A stretch of 63,958 nt of DNA, filler included, from Octopus bimaculoides (GCF_001194135.2; 7 parts of 6 records of this genome joined end to end with filler, not necessarily neighbours in it), one strand, 5' to 3'. Shown: positions 1 through 12,689, counted from the first letter of the whole stretch. Notes: generated by a model not told the origin, from the letters alone. Program-made: numbers and translations.

Positions 1-345
1 AATAGAGATGGCAATTATAAGTGCAGAGTAGTATGTTAAATTAACCAATTAGCGTTCTTACAAAATCAATTTCTTATTGTTGATGGAAGTGCTTTAATTG
101 TTTACCATGAATGACCCCACGATAATTCTCAAATTTCTGTTATCCTCCTATTCATTGCTTGATACAGTAACTGATGTGGTTCTGATATCTCGCTAAAACG
201 TTTTCTCATGGGTGTGGCATTTAGTTAAACGTCTTTCTTCACACAGATATATTTAGTCTAAGGATAGTCCTACGCAATATTATATCCACCACACTTGTTA
301 CATGCTATATGATAAACATCACGTACACCTTTAAACATGTCCACA

Positions 346-1603
346 TATATCAGGCTGAGTAAAAAGTAAGCAATATATTTCAACAATGCAGAAATTTTAT
401 TCATCAAAGCAAGTACTATTATAATCAACACATTTTTGCCAAGTTACAAGTTTGTTTATTCCGGTAACATAAAAATCTGGAGTTTTGGAGCTCATGAACT
501 CTTTGAACATACTTTCAGCATTGGTTTGATTTTTGAACTCCTTCTCTCACAGGAAACCATCAAGGTTCTTGAAAAAGTAGTAATCGATAGGAGAACGGTC
601 TAGGGAATAAGCTGGGTGGGGAAGAACTTTGTAGCCAAGTTCCCTCAACTTCTGGAGCATCATTAGTAAAATGTATGGTCGAGCATTGTCATGAAAAATG
701 ATTAGCCCTCTTCTGTTGACCAGTCTGGGATAGAGGAGTAGCAGTTTTACATTCATTTTGGCAATTTCCTGGCAATATGATCCTGCAGTAATGCTTTTTC
801 TGGGTTTTAAGTTATAGTGGATGAGTCCAGCAATACACCTCCAAACAGTCACCATAACCTTTTTGAAGAGCTTGGGTTTAGGGAAAGTTTTTGCTGCTTC
901 ATTTTGGTCCAACCACTGCAAAGAACGTTTTTTATTATTATACAAAATCCACTTTTCATCGCAAATTAAAATGCAGTCCAGAAATGGATCGGTCTGGTTA
1001 CGGAGAAGAAGCGATGAGCAAATTTCATATCTGTGCATTTTCTGATTTTCATTCAAATCGTGGGGTACCCATTTGTTGAGCTTTTTTGATTTTTCGATTG
1101 CATACAAATGATTGCAGGCAGTTTTCTGGCTAACTTGAAGTTCTTTTGCCAGTTCTCGAGTGGTTTTACATGGATCTTTCTCAATGACAGTCTTTAATTA
1201 ACTGTCATCAATGACAGATGGGCATCCACTATGCTCACGATCTTCAAGGCTCAGGTCTCCACTGCAAAATCATTTAAACCATTTTCAAGCTGACCACTCA
1301 CTGGTCATTTCCTCACCAAATATTTCTTTGATATCGCAAGCAGTTTCAGCTTCTTTACGTCCTTTTTTGAAATTGAATAGTAAAATTGCTTGAATATAGT
1401 GCTTGAGAGTTCCATTTCAGATGATTGTAACAATGGTGAAAAAATATCAACGTTAATTTATTGATGAATTTGGGCAAGTCGATGTCTATATTATTATTAG
1501 GCAATTGCAAAGACATGTTTAAAAAATTTCACAACTCTGCAAAAATCAGGTACAAATACTTCATGGTTCAAATAGTTGCTTACTTTTTACTCAGCCTGAT
1601 ATA
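346..1603 (-). mobile_element. Full-length mariner (DD34D) DNA transposon, defective
   Basis: 28-bp perfect terminal inverted repeat including TA TSD: TATATCAGGCTGAGTAAAAAGTAAGCAA (346-373) and its reverse complement (1576-1603). Length about 1.25 kb, typical of mariner. Confidence 0.95.
547..1415 (-). pseudogene. Mariner transposase pseudogene
   Basis: ORF 547-1107 has WVPHDL, CDEKW, HDNARP and YSLDRSPIDYYFF (YSPDL-like) motifs. The upstream HTH region (KKGRKEAETACDIKEIFG...TTRELAKEL) carries in-frame stops and a frameshift. Confidence 0.92.
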
Positions 1604-1735
1604 CCATATATAATCGAGTAATAGTCAATCTCTTGTAAAAGTTGATTTCCTATTTTTGGCCCCAAAATTGGGTATTTTCCATAGACCCTGTATAAAAGTC
1701 AACCTTAGTATTTCACGAACAACCAGACAACATAC

Positions 1736-1814
1736 ATATATATGTATGTATGTATGTATACATGTATATATATATGTGTGTGTATGTATGTATGTATATA
1801 TATATATATGTATG

Positions 1815-1855
<41 letters not shown>

Positions 1856-1970
1856 GTATATATATGTATGTATGTATATATATATGTATGCATGCATATA
1901 TATATGTATGTATATATATATGTATGTATATATGTATGTATATGTATATATGTATATATATTTATGTATG

Positions 1971-2062
<92 letters not shown>
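1736..2062. repeat. Compound microsatellite (TATG/TA/TG)
   Basis: Seen directly; it produces the YIYI/CVCV ORFs. Confidence 0.98.
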
Positions 2063-2174
2063 AATAGTCAATCCAAACATGAACAAGCAAGAAAAAACAT
2101 GAAAAAGCAACAACGCGAGGACATGGAATAAGTAGAGTGTTATTGGATGCTCAGGAAAGGAAAGAAATGAAAGA

Positions 2175-2213
2175 GGATTTCACGTTTCAAATGGTGCTCT
2201 TCATCAGAAATAC
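2175..2213 (-). ncRNA. Decayed minimal hammerhead-like motif in a short repeat (about 2070-2270)
   Basis: Minus strand GTATTT-CTGATGA-AGAGCACCATTT-GAAAC-GTG-AAATCC. Core boxes are present, but stem II and the cleavage triplet (GUG) are broken. Confidence 0.45.
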
Positions 2214-2396
2214 AGGAAAAGTCTAAAGAAGGGAAGACACAGAAGGAAAATCACCAACGATGCACACACAGTCACATATTGAAAATGCATATATATGTGT
2301 GTAAACATACATATACATATGTAAATATATGTGTGTGTGTTTGTTATATATATATGAATGCATAAATAAAAATACACACACACATACATATATACA

Positions 2397-2596
2397 TATT
2401 GAGTTAGAAAACTGAGAGATCTAATGGATACAGATTAATTTATTAATTAATCAACATGTTCACCAACAATTGTTTCATTTCACAAACAAAATTAAAATTT
2501 GAATTTTGTTTGAGAAATGAAACAATCGTTGGTGAATATGCTGATTAATTAATAAATTAATCTGTATCCATTAGATCTCTGTTTTCTAACTTGATA
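2397..2596. mobile_element. 196-bp hairpin MITE flanked by TA
   Basis: Arms of about 90 bp (2402-2493 / 2502-2591) are reverse complements with few mismatches and an 8-nt loop. TA at 2397-2398 and 2595-2596. Confidence 0.85.
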
Positions 2597-2743
2597 GAAA
2601 TATTTGATATTTTACAATATTGTATATGATATTTTCATTGAATATAATATAGTATATGATATATTCATCTCTCCAAAATTTAATTTGTAAAACCAATGTA
2701 TTGTGGATAAATATACCTACAAAAATTTTAAATATCCTATTGT

Positions 2744-2796
<53 letters not shown>

Positions 2797-3041
2797 CACA
2801 TATATAAATATACACATATATAGATACACACACAAACAAATATATATACATATGCAACACACATATATATTAGATCTATCTACATGTGTGTGCGTGTGTG
2901 TGCGTGCATGCATGTGTATATGTTCGTGTGTGTGTAGGTATAATTTTCATTATGCGTTGTCTCATATTAACGTTCTAAATATTGTTTTTAAAGGCAAAAA
3001 GATGTAAGTTAAAAAAATTTTAAATGCAGATCAATTGTTAG

Positions 3042-3253
3042 CAATGTTGGTTTCAAATTTTGGCACAAAGCCAGAAATTTATGGGGTGGCAGTAAATTGA
3101 TTACATCAACCCCAGTGCTCAGCTGGTACTTATTTTATTGACTCTGAAAAGATGAAAAACAAAGTCAACTTTGGCAGAATTTAATTCAGGACATAAAGTC
3201 AGATGAAATGCCATTAAGCATTTTATCTGGTGAACTAATAATCTGCCAGCTTG
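3042..3253 (-). mobile_element. SINE family A (head GGCGAGCTGGCAGAATCGTTAG), diverged copy
   Basis: Reverse complement matches the copies at 24636-24836 and 32908-33115. Confidence 0.75.
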
Positions 3254-3499
3254 TTAACTTAATGTTTAGTAATATTATCTGGTAATATAAGAATATTTCC
3301 TGAAAAGGGGGTTCTAACTCTGAAATATCAAAATACCAGTTAATAGTACTGACTGTTAACATGTATTTTTAATTTATTAACTTGTATTTTTTGTTTTTAA
3401 AAATAAATATTTAATACATTTATAGATACATACATACCTATCTATCTATCTATCTATCTATCTATATATGTATGTGTGTGTGTGTGTGTGTGTGTGTGC

Positions 3500-3940
3500 G
3501 TGAGAAGACACGGCAAACCAAGTGAGACCTAAATGCAAGGCCTCTGCCAGGGGTGTAGCCAGCCCACTTATGCGTACCTTTCCTTCATTGGACACTAAAC
3601 TCCACTTGCGAAGACCTGTTGAGGCAAGTGAAATTGAAATTAAACTAAATTAGACGACTGGCATCCATGCCAATGTCGTCTCCTTCATTGGACACGAAAC
3701 TCCGCTTGCGAAGACCTGTTGGGGCAAGCAAAAGCAAAATCGTGATGGCACCAGTGCCCAGCGTCGCCTTTCTATCACTTGTGTCTGTGGCACATAAAAG
3801 CACCCACTACACTCTCAGAATGGTTGGTGTTAGGAAGAGCATCTAGCTGCCAAATCAGATTGGAGCCTGGTGTAGCCATCTGGTTCAGCAGTCCTCAGTC
3901 AAATCGTCCAACCCATGCTAGCATGGAAAGTGGACGTTAA

Positions 3941-3971
<31 letters not shown>
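3500..3971 (+). mobile_element. SINE family D with (GAT)n tail
   Basis: The 3' block ...CCAACCCATGCTAGCATGGAAAG...TAAATGATGATGAT is shared with about 10 other copies in the window. Confidence 0.85.
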
Positions 3972-4022
<51 letters not shown>

Positions 4023-4297
4023 TATATAATTTAAATAATGAGGGTGATAAATTGAATATTAATTAAATATCAATTTAAAACCAGTGGTCTAGCATATAGA
4101 AAAATCTGAAAATTCAGAAAAATTATATTACATACATATAAGACGGAATGACCACTAAGTGGACATCCATTATGCTAGAAATAGATCACCTACAATCNNN
4201 NNNNNNNNNNNNNNNNNNNNNNNNNNNNNNNNNNNNNNNNNNNNNNNNNNNNNNNNNNNNNNNNNNNNNNNNNNNNNNNNNNNNNNNNNNNNNNNNN

Positions 4298-4328
<31 letters not shown>

Positions 4329-5539
4329 CTCTGATAGATCTGGAGGAAGGGTCAGTGGCCATAGCATTTTCAGGCCCTTATGTTCTCTTTGATTACTTTC
4401 CTTCCAATTATAACCATTTTATTTTCCTTTATTTGCCCTCATTTAAAAACCCATGAGATGTTAAACTAAATGTTAGAGGATGTGATAATTTCAGTTAGTG
4501 ATTGGAACCATTCTCCTTCAATTACATCATTAACATCCATGGGAAGATATGAACCTCATAACTCATGCATCCTCTTGTAAGGAAAAAAAAACTCTGCCTT
4601 TAAAAAATGCAGTTGAAGAAGGAAGACAAGATAGATTATTTTAGATAAATTCTGCAGTGTGTGCCTGAATTTGTCAGATGCTGTTATTAAGCATCCTGTT
4701 GCTCAAATTCTATACAATGCCACTTCGTGGCATCTTCATGTTTTCACATAAACTACTTCTATAACAAAATAGCTTAAAGTGATAAAAACATTTGCATTCT
4801 AGTATATATAAATCTTCTTTGTGTTGAATATATATAATTTAACTATTTAACTATTTTACAACTCTGGTTTCTAGATACATTTACATTTTTTCATGAAGTA
4901 ATTTTCTATTAATCTAAATCAATTGTTCTTCGTTTGTATGAATTTAATGTTAAAAAATGTTTGATTTCATCCCCTTTTCTACTTTACCATTTAACTACAT
5001 TAGATAACAAGCCTAAAAAATATAGCCAAAGCTATATTGGGATCTATATTATATTTATAGATTAAAACTTAAGTGAGTGTGTACATATGTGAAAGAAAGA
5101 ATTATAATTAGCATTTCTAAGATAATTTAAATTGAAAACATTGATATTTATTCAGGCATAAAAATCTTTAAATTGAATTATCATGTAGGAATTATTTCAA
5201 CTTTATTTCATTTCTAAATGCATTCTTAGCTTTGTGTCCAACTTCCTCCCATCCACTCATCTGCCTAATTGCATCAAAGTTACTGGCTCAGTGTCTGATT
5301 GGAATTCTAGATAAAAAAAGAAAAAAAAACATTAAAAATTTTCAAGGAAAACTGGTGTGTAAATACTTTCATTGTCTGATTATAATAAAATGAAAAAAAG
5401 TATTTTAAAAAAAACTCTTTACCCCATTTGTTTTGTCTTGATTCTTTTATTTCTATAAATTCTATCTCGGAGATGAAGATATCAATTAAAAGTTCAGAAA
5501 TTATAACATTATGTATGGGAAATGTCCATGCAAGCTTTC

Positions 5540-7340
5540 TTTTCAGATGCAGAATGCTGTCTCCTATTTGTGTGTCCCTTCTGCCTACACCTTCCTCACC
5601 CTTAGAGTTGGCATATTCAACATAGCACGTTGAAAGGTAGGTCTGGTGAGATTGTTGAGATGCTTGAATAGAGGTATGTAAATAAGTGTTGCATCCAAGA
5701 AGTTAGGTGAAGAGATTTTGCCAGGTTCCTCACAGGCAAAGAGCATAAGTATAAAATCTGGATAGAGAACAATGATGGGATTGGTGATGTGAGCATACTT
5801 CTTGTTGAGAAATGGGTTGATAAGGCAACTGTGGTAGTCAGAGTCTGTGGTAGAATACTATAGCTTAGATTAGTTTTGCAAACTGGAACAGCAACTATTA
5901 TTTCAGCCTACACCCCTCCCTGATGAACAGAAAGACCAATTTTATTACAACCTTTTGCAGACTACCTCATTGACAAATAGCAGTAACCTTCTCTTTGTGG
6001 CTAATGACTTCAATAGATGTTGGGCAACATCCATATGGCAGCAATGGATTCAGTTCCTGCAACGAGGAGGGCACCAGGCTGCTGGAGTTCTGTGACACAA
6101 GTGACCTTATTACTTGCAGCACTAACATCATCAATCTGGTGGGCACACTAGCCAGATGGACTTCATTCTAGTCAGAAAATGGGGAAATGGTTAATAATAA
6201 TGGCCAAAACCTTACCAGCTGAAGAATGTACCCCTCAACATAGGTTAGTTGTTAGCAGCTTCAGAATTGGCAAGAAGACGACCAGTGTGGAAAAGAAAGG
6301 TCTGGAAGCTTGAGAATCCTCTGAATGGTCAGAGATTTAAGACTTGTTACTAGAAGCATTTGACAAAAAAAAAAAGGAAGATATATCAATGTGGAAGTTC
6401 CTACGGGACAATTTGTTGTGGGGCACTGACCAAATTTGTGACTGGTGCAAAGTCCCTTCTCGACCTAAGGTGGTGGAATAGTGTAGTTGGCAAGGCCATT
6501 AGAAGACCAAGCTTGAAAGTATGGTGGCAGCAGGGAAATGTATCAGCTAGCCAGAAGGGTGGCTAGGAGACTGGTATATTTAACCAGGGGAAAAGCAGAA
6601 AGAAAGAAGTTTGCCAATATCCTGCAGTATGAGAACCAGGGGCTAGAAGTGTTTCAGATTGCAAGGCTATGAGAGAAACTCATGTCTTTGGAGAGAAGTA
6701 TTTGCATGGATGATGGTTCACTTGCAGCTAGTGATTCTGCAGTGAGGCTTGGAAATGCCATTATGAAAGGCTACTAAATGTAAAGAATGCATGGGAGAAG
6801 GAGGGTCTACCTAATATGGACCCAGGGAACCAGCTATCTGAATTAACAGTAGCTTGGTAAAAGTAATTAAGGATATGTAGATAGGCCACCAGGAATCATT
6901 GCTGAGATGATTAAAATATCTGGTGGAGTGAGATATGGCCTAGTCTTCCATATAGTTAATCAGATTGTCCATGAGGGAGTTATATCCAACAGCACGTATA
7001 GCAGAAATAATTATAGAGATGTCAAACTGCTGGATCAGGTAATGAAAGTTACAGAGGGGGTTATAACTCAACTATGTTGGAAGAGAGCTTAGATGAGATG
7101 TTGTTTGGTTTTGTTCCTGGGAGAAGGACGACTGATGCTATATTCCTGGTAAGGCAACTGTAGGAGAAGCGTGTAGCCAAAAATAAACTTCTGTGCATAA
7201 TGGTCAATGTGGTAGCTAGGAATAAATGAGTGGTTAGTGAGAACTGTACGAGCCATGTTCAGGGATACTGCCAATAAGACGAAGGTTGGCAACAAGTATA
7301 GCAATGAATTCAGTGTACAGGTGGGAGTTCAGTGATCAGT
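5540..7340 (+). mobile_element. RTE-clade LINE fragment (endonuclease plus part of RT), degenerate
   Basis: Translated pieces LRVGIFN..TLKGRSGEIVEML...CCIQEV, NEEGTRLLEFC, NYRDVKLLDQVMKV and LDEMLFGFVPGRRTTDAIFLVRQL, with many stops and frameshifts. Confidence 0.9.
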
Positions 7341-7429
7341 TCTCCGCCCCTTGTTCGTCATATCATAGGTCTGTACTGTAATTTGAAATCCTGTCATTGA
7401 AAAAGTTACATTCCAAGAATAGCTGATAC

Positions 7430-8195
7430 TCTCAAAGAAGATGATCAGAACTGAAGATTGGGCTTTTGTGAATGGTACTTGGCAAGATGTATAGAAGATG
7501 CAAACTTTCCAATAAAGATTGTTTGGGGTAATGAGGCTCGATTAACCACCTAAACAGCATGTACAGGGGACCTGAAAATCTGTACATTAAGGAGGAACAT
7601 CATATTAATTTACCAAGATATACAGTTTGTGTGGATTATTATCAAAAAGACTAACATGACCATTCTCTTTTGACAGTACTGTGATTGGTCCATTTCCTTG
7701 AATTTGCTGCAACAATCTGTCATGTCAAGCATTCAAGAGTACTTTGAAGATCATCATCATCATCGTTTAACATCTGCTTTCCATGCTGGCATGGGTTGGA
7801 CAATTTGATAGAAGACTGCACCAGGCACCAGTCTGATCTGGCAAAGTTTCTACAGCTGGATGACCTTCCTTACACCAACCACTCTGAGTGTGTAGTGGGT
7901 GCTTTTTACATGCCACCGGCATGAGGGCCAGTCAGGCAGTACTGGCATCAACCATGCTTGAATGGTACTTTTTATGTACCACTGGCATGGGAGCCAGTCA
8001 GGCGGCACTGGCATCGACCATGCTCAAATGGTGCTTTTTATGTGCTACAGGTACGGGTGGCACCTTCATATCACTATAGGAATGTAAGGGCTTATGTTGA
8101 TGAGATTTTTACCAAACAGGTGGATTGAACAAAAAAAGTTCAGAAAAATACTCTCCCTGTTCACTGGACCTCACATCAGTAGACTTCTTATGGCG
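7430..8195 (+). mobile_element. Tc1/mariner-superfamily transposase fragment interrupted by a SINE
   Basis: [20 protein letters not shown] before the SINE. PNRWI...SLDLTSVDF.LW.Y (WPPRSPDL-like) after it. Confidence 0.7.
7749..8060 (-). mobile_element. SINE family D
   Basis: (ATC)n tail at the left end and the family D body. Confidence 0.85.
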
Positions 8196-9137
8196 ATACT
8201 CAATTTTCTTAAAGATGGGACTACGTGATTTTCTTTAAGATGCTGTAATCATTGCAAAAAAGTGAGATTTCAAAAAAGTGAGAGTAATCTCACTTTTTTG
8301 AAATCTTACAATAAAGTAAATATGACATCCTCTGACAAGAACCCCATAGTTTCAAATATATTTTTAAATGATAGTTCATAATTTTAACATCATATGAATG
8401 ACAATTGTTTCAATGATGAACTTACAAAATTGCATAATTACTTTTCTTGGCAAGTCACTAACTGAAAGTTATAAGTTTAAGCAAATTTAGTAATGAGATT
8501 ATTGTATTTTGCTCATTTGTGTACCAACACGATTCTTATAATTAGAACAGTTTTAATGTTTCATTACAGTACAAAGTATAATTTTAAAGATATTTACACG
8601 ATTTACTGCTACAATGGTCAATGTCATCTGAACATTATAATCTGTGTATGTAAACACTTTGACTGGGAGAACATGCTTGATTCTAATCGTTTTAAAGTTA
8701 ATGATATCTAGTAAGGTAATCATTCAGATGTGAGACCTAACTTTCATTTGATATTGTGAGCTCAAACCATTTTTTTTTATAGCAAGTTTTAAAATACCTC
8801 ATATATTAAATTTTTTCGGATGTGGCATTAAGTTGTCTCCCTTCAATTTTTTTTTTTTTTTGTGACTTACAAGTTTATAAGATAAGATTAAAATTATTTT
8901 AAATGATACAGGGTAGTGCACAAAAACGTAGCACAAGTTCTGTAGCATGGTATAAATACAGAAATATATTTGCGCACACAGAAAAGCATCCAATCTTTTG
9001 TTTGCAAGAGTCATTGTGTTATTTTGACCACTTGTAACTGTTGAACAAAGATAGCACACTTGTTGACTGCTAGCTACATTATCCTCACTGCATCCTCAGC
9101 ACATTAATTGATTGTAAGATTGCATTTTTCTGCAGGA

Positions 9138-9340
9138 TGACGTACTCTATATCAAATAGAGTAGAGATTGCAGAAGTGTATGTGAGAATGGGTTCTGTTA
9201 AACAAATACACAAAGGTTTTAAAGTTAAGATTCCAGGTAAAGACATACTAGAATAGAGAACAATACAAATGATGATTAAGCAGTGGCATGCTGCAGGGTC
9301 AATGAACAAAAGTTATTCAGGACATCTGCCAAAGGATTGC
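9138..9340 (+). mobile_element. Tc1/mariner N-terminal HTH fragment
   Basis: MTYSISNRVEIAEVYVRMGSVKQIHKGF...*RTIQMMIKQWHAAGSM resembles the N-terminal HTH of Tc3-like transposases. Confidence 0.55.
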
Positions 9341-9664
9341 TTGAAATCCAAAGAAGTCAACGCATAAATTTGTGTAGCAGTCTCTCATAAGCAGGAGGTC
9401 ATGCCAAAAGGTGTTGAAAAGTCTAAAGTTGAAGCCATATCATTTCACATGATAAAGCTAGGCTTATGATACTAAAGCTAGCCATTTTTGTTTTCAGATT
9501 ATTAGACAAGTGCTTGCCATCATCATTCAATATCTAGATTTCATGCTGGCATGGGATGGTCAGTTCAACAGGAGCAGACAAACCAGAGGACTGTGCCAGA
9601 CTCTATTGTTGGATGTCCTTTTAATGCTGACTACCTAATACACATGTGTGTGTGTGTGTGTGTA

Positions 9665-10615
9665 TAGAAGGATCCAGAGACAAACTGATATGGAAAAGGC
9701 AGTTATGGAAGCTCAAAGATCTTTCAAATGGGTAGAGATTTAGAGATGTTCTTAATGAAGCTTTTGATGCAAAAAGGAAGAGACAGAGACATACAGCAAA
9801 GAGGGCAATTGGAAGTTTTTATGGGATAATCTACTGAAGCTAATAGGTCAAATCTATGGTTGGTGCTAAGCTTCTGCCAGACCAAAGGTGACATGGTGGT
9901 GAGACAGGGTTACAGAAGAGAAGAGACAGGTTTGGAAAGAATGGAAAAGTGGCTTAGCAAAGAATGATATCAAGTAGCTAAAAAGTAAGCTTGACATCAG
10001 GTTTATCTAGTTAGTGCAGAAGCAGAAAGGAAGAGGTTTGCAAATGTCTTACAGCATGAAGATAGAGATTTAAGGTGTTCTGTTTGCTAGACAGTGTGTC
10101 AGAGAGAACAGAAATGTTGTGGGAGAGAAGTGTGTATGAATGGATGACATGCTTGCACTTAGTGATTCTAAAAAGAAAGATGTGTGGAAGAGCTATCAAA
10201 GACTATTAAATGCAGAGAATAAATGAGAGAAACGGAATCTCCTCCATGTGAATCCAACAGAGGGATCAGCTATCCTGATCGACAGCAATAGGATAGATGA
10301 GGCAGTTAAAGATATAAAAACAGGGAAAGCTCCTGGTCCATCAGGAGTCATTGTTGCAATGCTTAAAATATCTGGTAAAGTAAGATATGGCCTTGTTATC
10401 CATATAGTTGATCAGCTTGTTCAGGAAGGTATTATCCCCAGTGACTGGTTAGTCAGCTGCTACAAGGGTAAAGGAGATGCTGTAAATAGAATTATAGAGG
10501 CATCAAATTGCTGGACCAGGTAATGAAAGTTATGGAAAGAGTTATAGCCTGGTTAATTAAGAACAGACTTAGACTAGATGAAATGTGGTTTGCCTTTGTG
10601 TCAGGAAGAATAGAT
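9665..10615 (+). mobile_element. RTE LINE fragment
   Basis: DEAVKDIKTGKAPGPSGVIVAMLKISG...SCYKGKGDA and LDEMWFAF. Confidence 0.85.
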
Positions 10616-11287
10616 TCTTTGTGATAAAAGTGGTACACTGAAGCTGCAAAATTCCTTTCAACAAACTTTTTACTACTTTCAACCCTTTAGCATTTAAACC
10701 AGCCATATCCTGCTCAAATATTCTACCTGCATTATTTTTAAACTGCCCAGATCCAGCTTCTCACACCTACCCTACAATGTAATTCTAAAAATAAGCAATC
10801 ACATCATCAAAATCTCAAAGCTATGAGGTGATGCATGTTTAATTCAATACAAGATAAATAAATAAGGATTACATCTGACAGACTAATCTGAATGCTAAAT
10901 GATTAAACAAATGCATCACAAAAAAAAAATAAAAGAAAAAGTTTAATAAGATGGCATGTTGGTATAGGTTGAAGTTTCATCCATACAAGAAGTCTTGAGT
11001 ATTTTATACATCAGAGATTTGATTGATTGCTTGACTTTATATTACTTGTCTGACCAAGTTGAACATACTTCATTACAATGAAAAATGTGGGCTCATGCAT
11101 GTTAATATTCTTAAATTATTACACCTGGAAAAGTACAGAACAAGATTTCTACAGTAGAGATTTCTCATCTCTAAAGGAAACAAAATAGTACTTAAGATTA
11201 AAATTCTACTGTACTTAAAATATTGCAGCTAAGAATAACATTTTAAAAACTTACTATATTTTATCAAAACAAAAATTATAAAAACAT

Positions 11288-11763
11288 TACTGGGTTTTTC
11301 CAAAAATAAGCTCATCTGATTTTAAGCCTATGGGCTTATATTCAGAAACTCTTTTCTTGTACAGCCTCAATAACTTTTATTATTTTCAGAAAAAAAAATT
11401 ATTTAAGAAAATTACTATTTTTAAATCTCACAACAAGAGATATTCAGCAACAGTATTTTGTAGTAAAGATTGTTTTTTCCAGCATAACATGACAGTCCTG
11501 GCTTAGGGCGAATGTTGTTGTAATTTATCCCCAGGAGACATCGTCTCCAGCTGGCTATATGACATGATCTGTGTCCCTTGTTCGAAAATATAAGGACACA
11601 GATCATGTTGTATAGCCAGTTGGAGATGATGTCTCCTGGGGCTAAATTACAGCAACATTCATCCTAAACCAGGACTGCCATGTTATGTTGGCAAACAATC
11701 TTTACTACAAAATTATTCAAGTCTGTAATTAAGCCCATGGGCTTATTTTTGGAAAAAGCAGTA
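11288..11763. mobile_element. Tc2/pogo-like MITE nested in the foldback
   Basis: TA-CTGGGTTTTTCCAAAAATAAGCTCAT ... ATGGGCTTATTTTTGGAAAAAGCAG-TA termini. The family assignment is inferred from TIR style. Confidence 0.65.
11455..11713. repeat. 259-bp hairpin (about 125-bp arms, 12-nt loop)
   Basis: ATTTTGTAGTAAAGATTG...GATCTGTGTCCCTT / AAGGACACAGATC...CAATCTTTACTACAAAAT. Confidence 0.92.
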
Positions 11764-11801
11764 TTTTAAAAATGAAATAAAACAAAATTACTTTTAAAAA
11801 A

Positions 11802-11901
11802 ATACAGTAGAACTCACCTAATTAGTCATCTAAGGAGAAAACTAAAAGTGACAAATTAGTAATGAATTAGCCAAAGATGAATTGGGCTAATTCTACTGTA
11901 T
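11802..11901. mobile_element. About 100-bp pogo/Tigger-like MITE
   Basis: TA-CAGTAGAA ... TTCTACTG-TA termini with further internal inverted similarity. Confidence 0.6.
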
Positions 11902-12689
11902 TAATGCTAACAAATTTTAGTTATGATTTATTTGTCAGATAATTTTTTTTTTTTTAATGTGGAAGAATTGACCAAGTATATGGTTGATTTGAAACCATTT
12001 AATGACCATTCTACTGTAATCACTGTTTTTTTTTTTCTTTTGTAATGGGATTTCAACTGAAGCGAAAAAAAATATCTTGGCAATATTATTTACAACTTCA
12101 TATTTTATTGTTTGTATTTGAATCAACTAAATAAAATTACTATTTTAATTGTATATTTCAAAAGACACGATTTAAAAAAAAAATTGTTTAAATTCATTTT
12201 TGATTCTTTTTGTACCATGCTTTTAAAGATTTACTTGTTTTTTAGATTCTCATAATAAGTAAAATAAATTATCTCAAATTTACCCAATATAATGAATTTT
12301 AATTTTTAAAATGCTATTCTTGGCTGCAATATTTTAAATACAGTAGAATTTTAATTTTAAGTACTTTTTAGTTTGCTTTAGAGGCAATGAATTACGCAAA
12401 TTCTACTGTAGAAATCTTGTTCTGTAGTTTTCCGGGTATAATAATTGAAGAATATTAACATGCATGTGCCCGCATTTTTCATTGTAATCCACTTTTTGTC
12501 CAGGCAATGCAATAAAACTAATAAATATTCTTTTGTTAAAAAATATTTGAATTAAATAAAACCTGCCTGTATATTTATTTCCTTTAAAATTAATAAATTT
12601 TTTTAAGATAATGAGAAATGTTATTATAATTGTAAAACATACTAGATCGTATACTACAACTTAGATAAGTTTCAACCAAAGATTGGCCC

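Larger units (their letters stand above)
11035..12520. mobile_element. Foldback-like element with long imperfect inverted arms
   Basis: 11071-11252 is the reverse complement of 12301-12488 at high identity, with weaker similarity extending to about 11035/12520. Confidence 0.8.

Noticed and set aside
1625-2131. ORFs rich in YI/CV/HT/MY dipeptides (also near 29.3, 38.2, 56.3-57.0 and 61.5-62.5 kb)
   Set aside because: They are translations of (TA)n/(TG)n/(TATG)n microsatellites.
4645-4751. Phase-1 open frame DKFCSVCLNLSDAVIKHPVAQILYNATSWHLHVFT* after TTATTTTAG
   Set aside because: Weak acceptor, no homology and no partner exon; not supportable.
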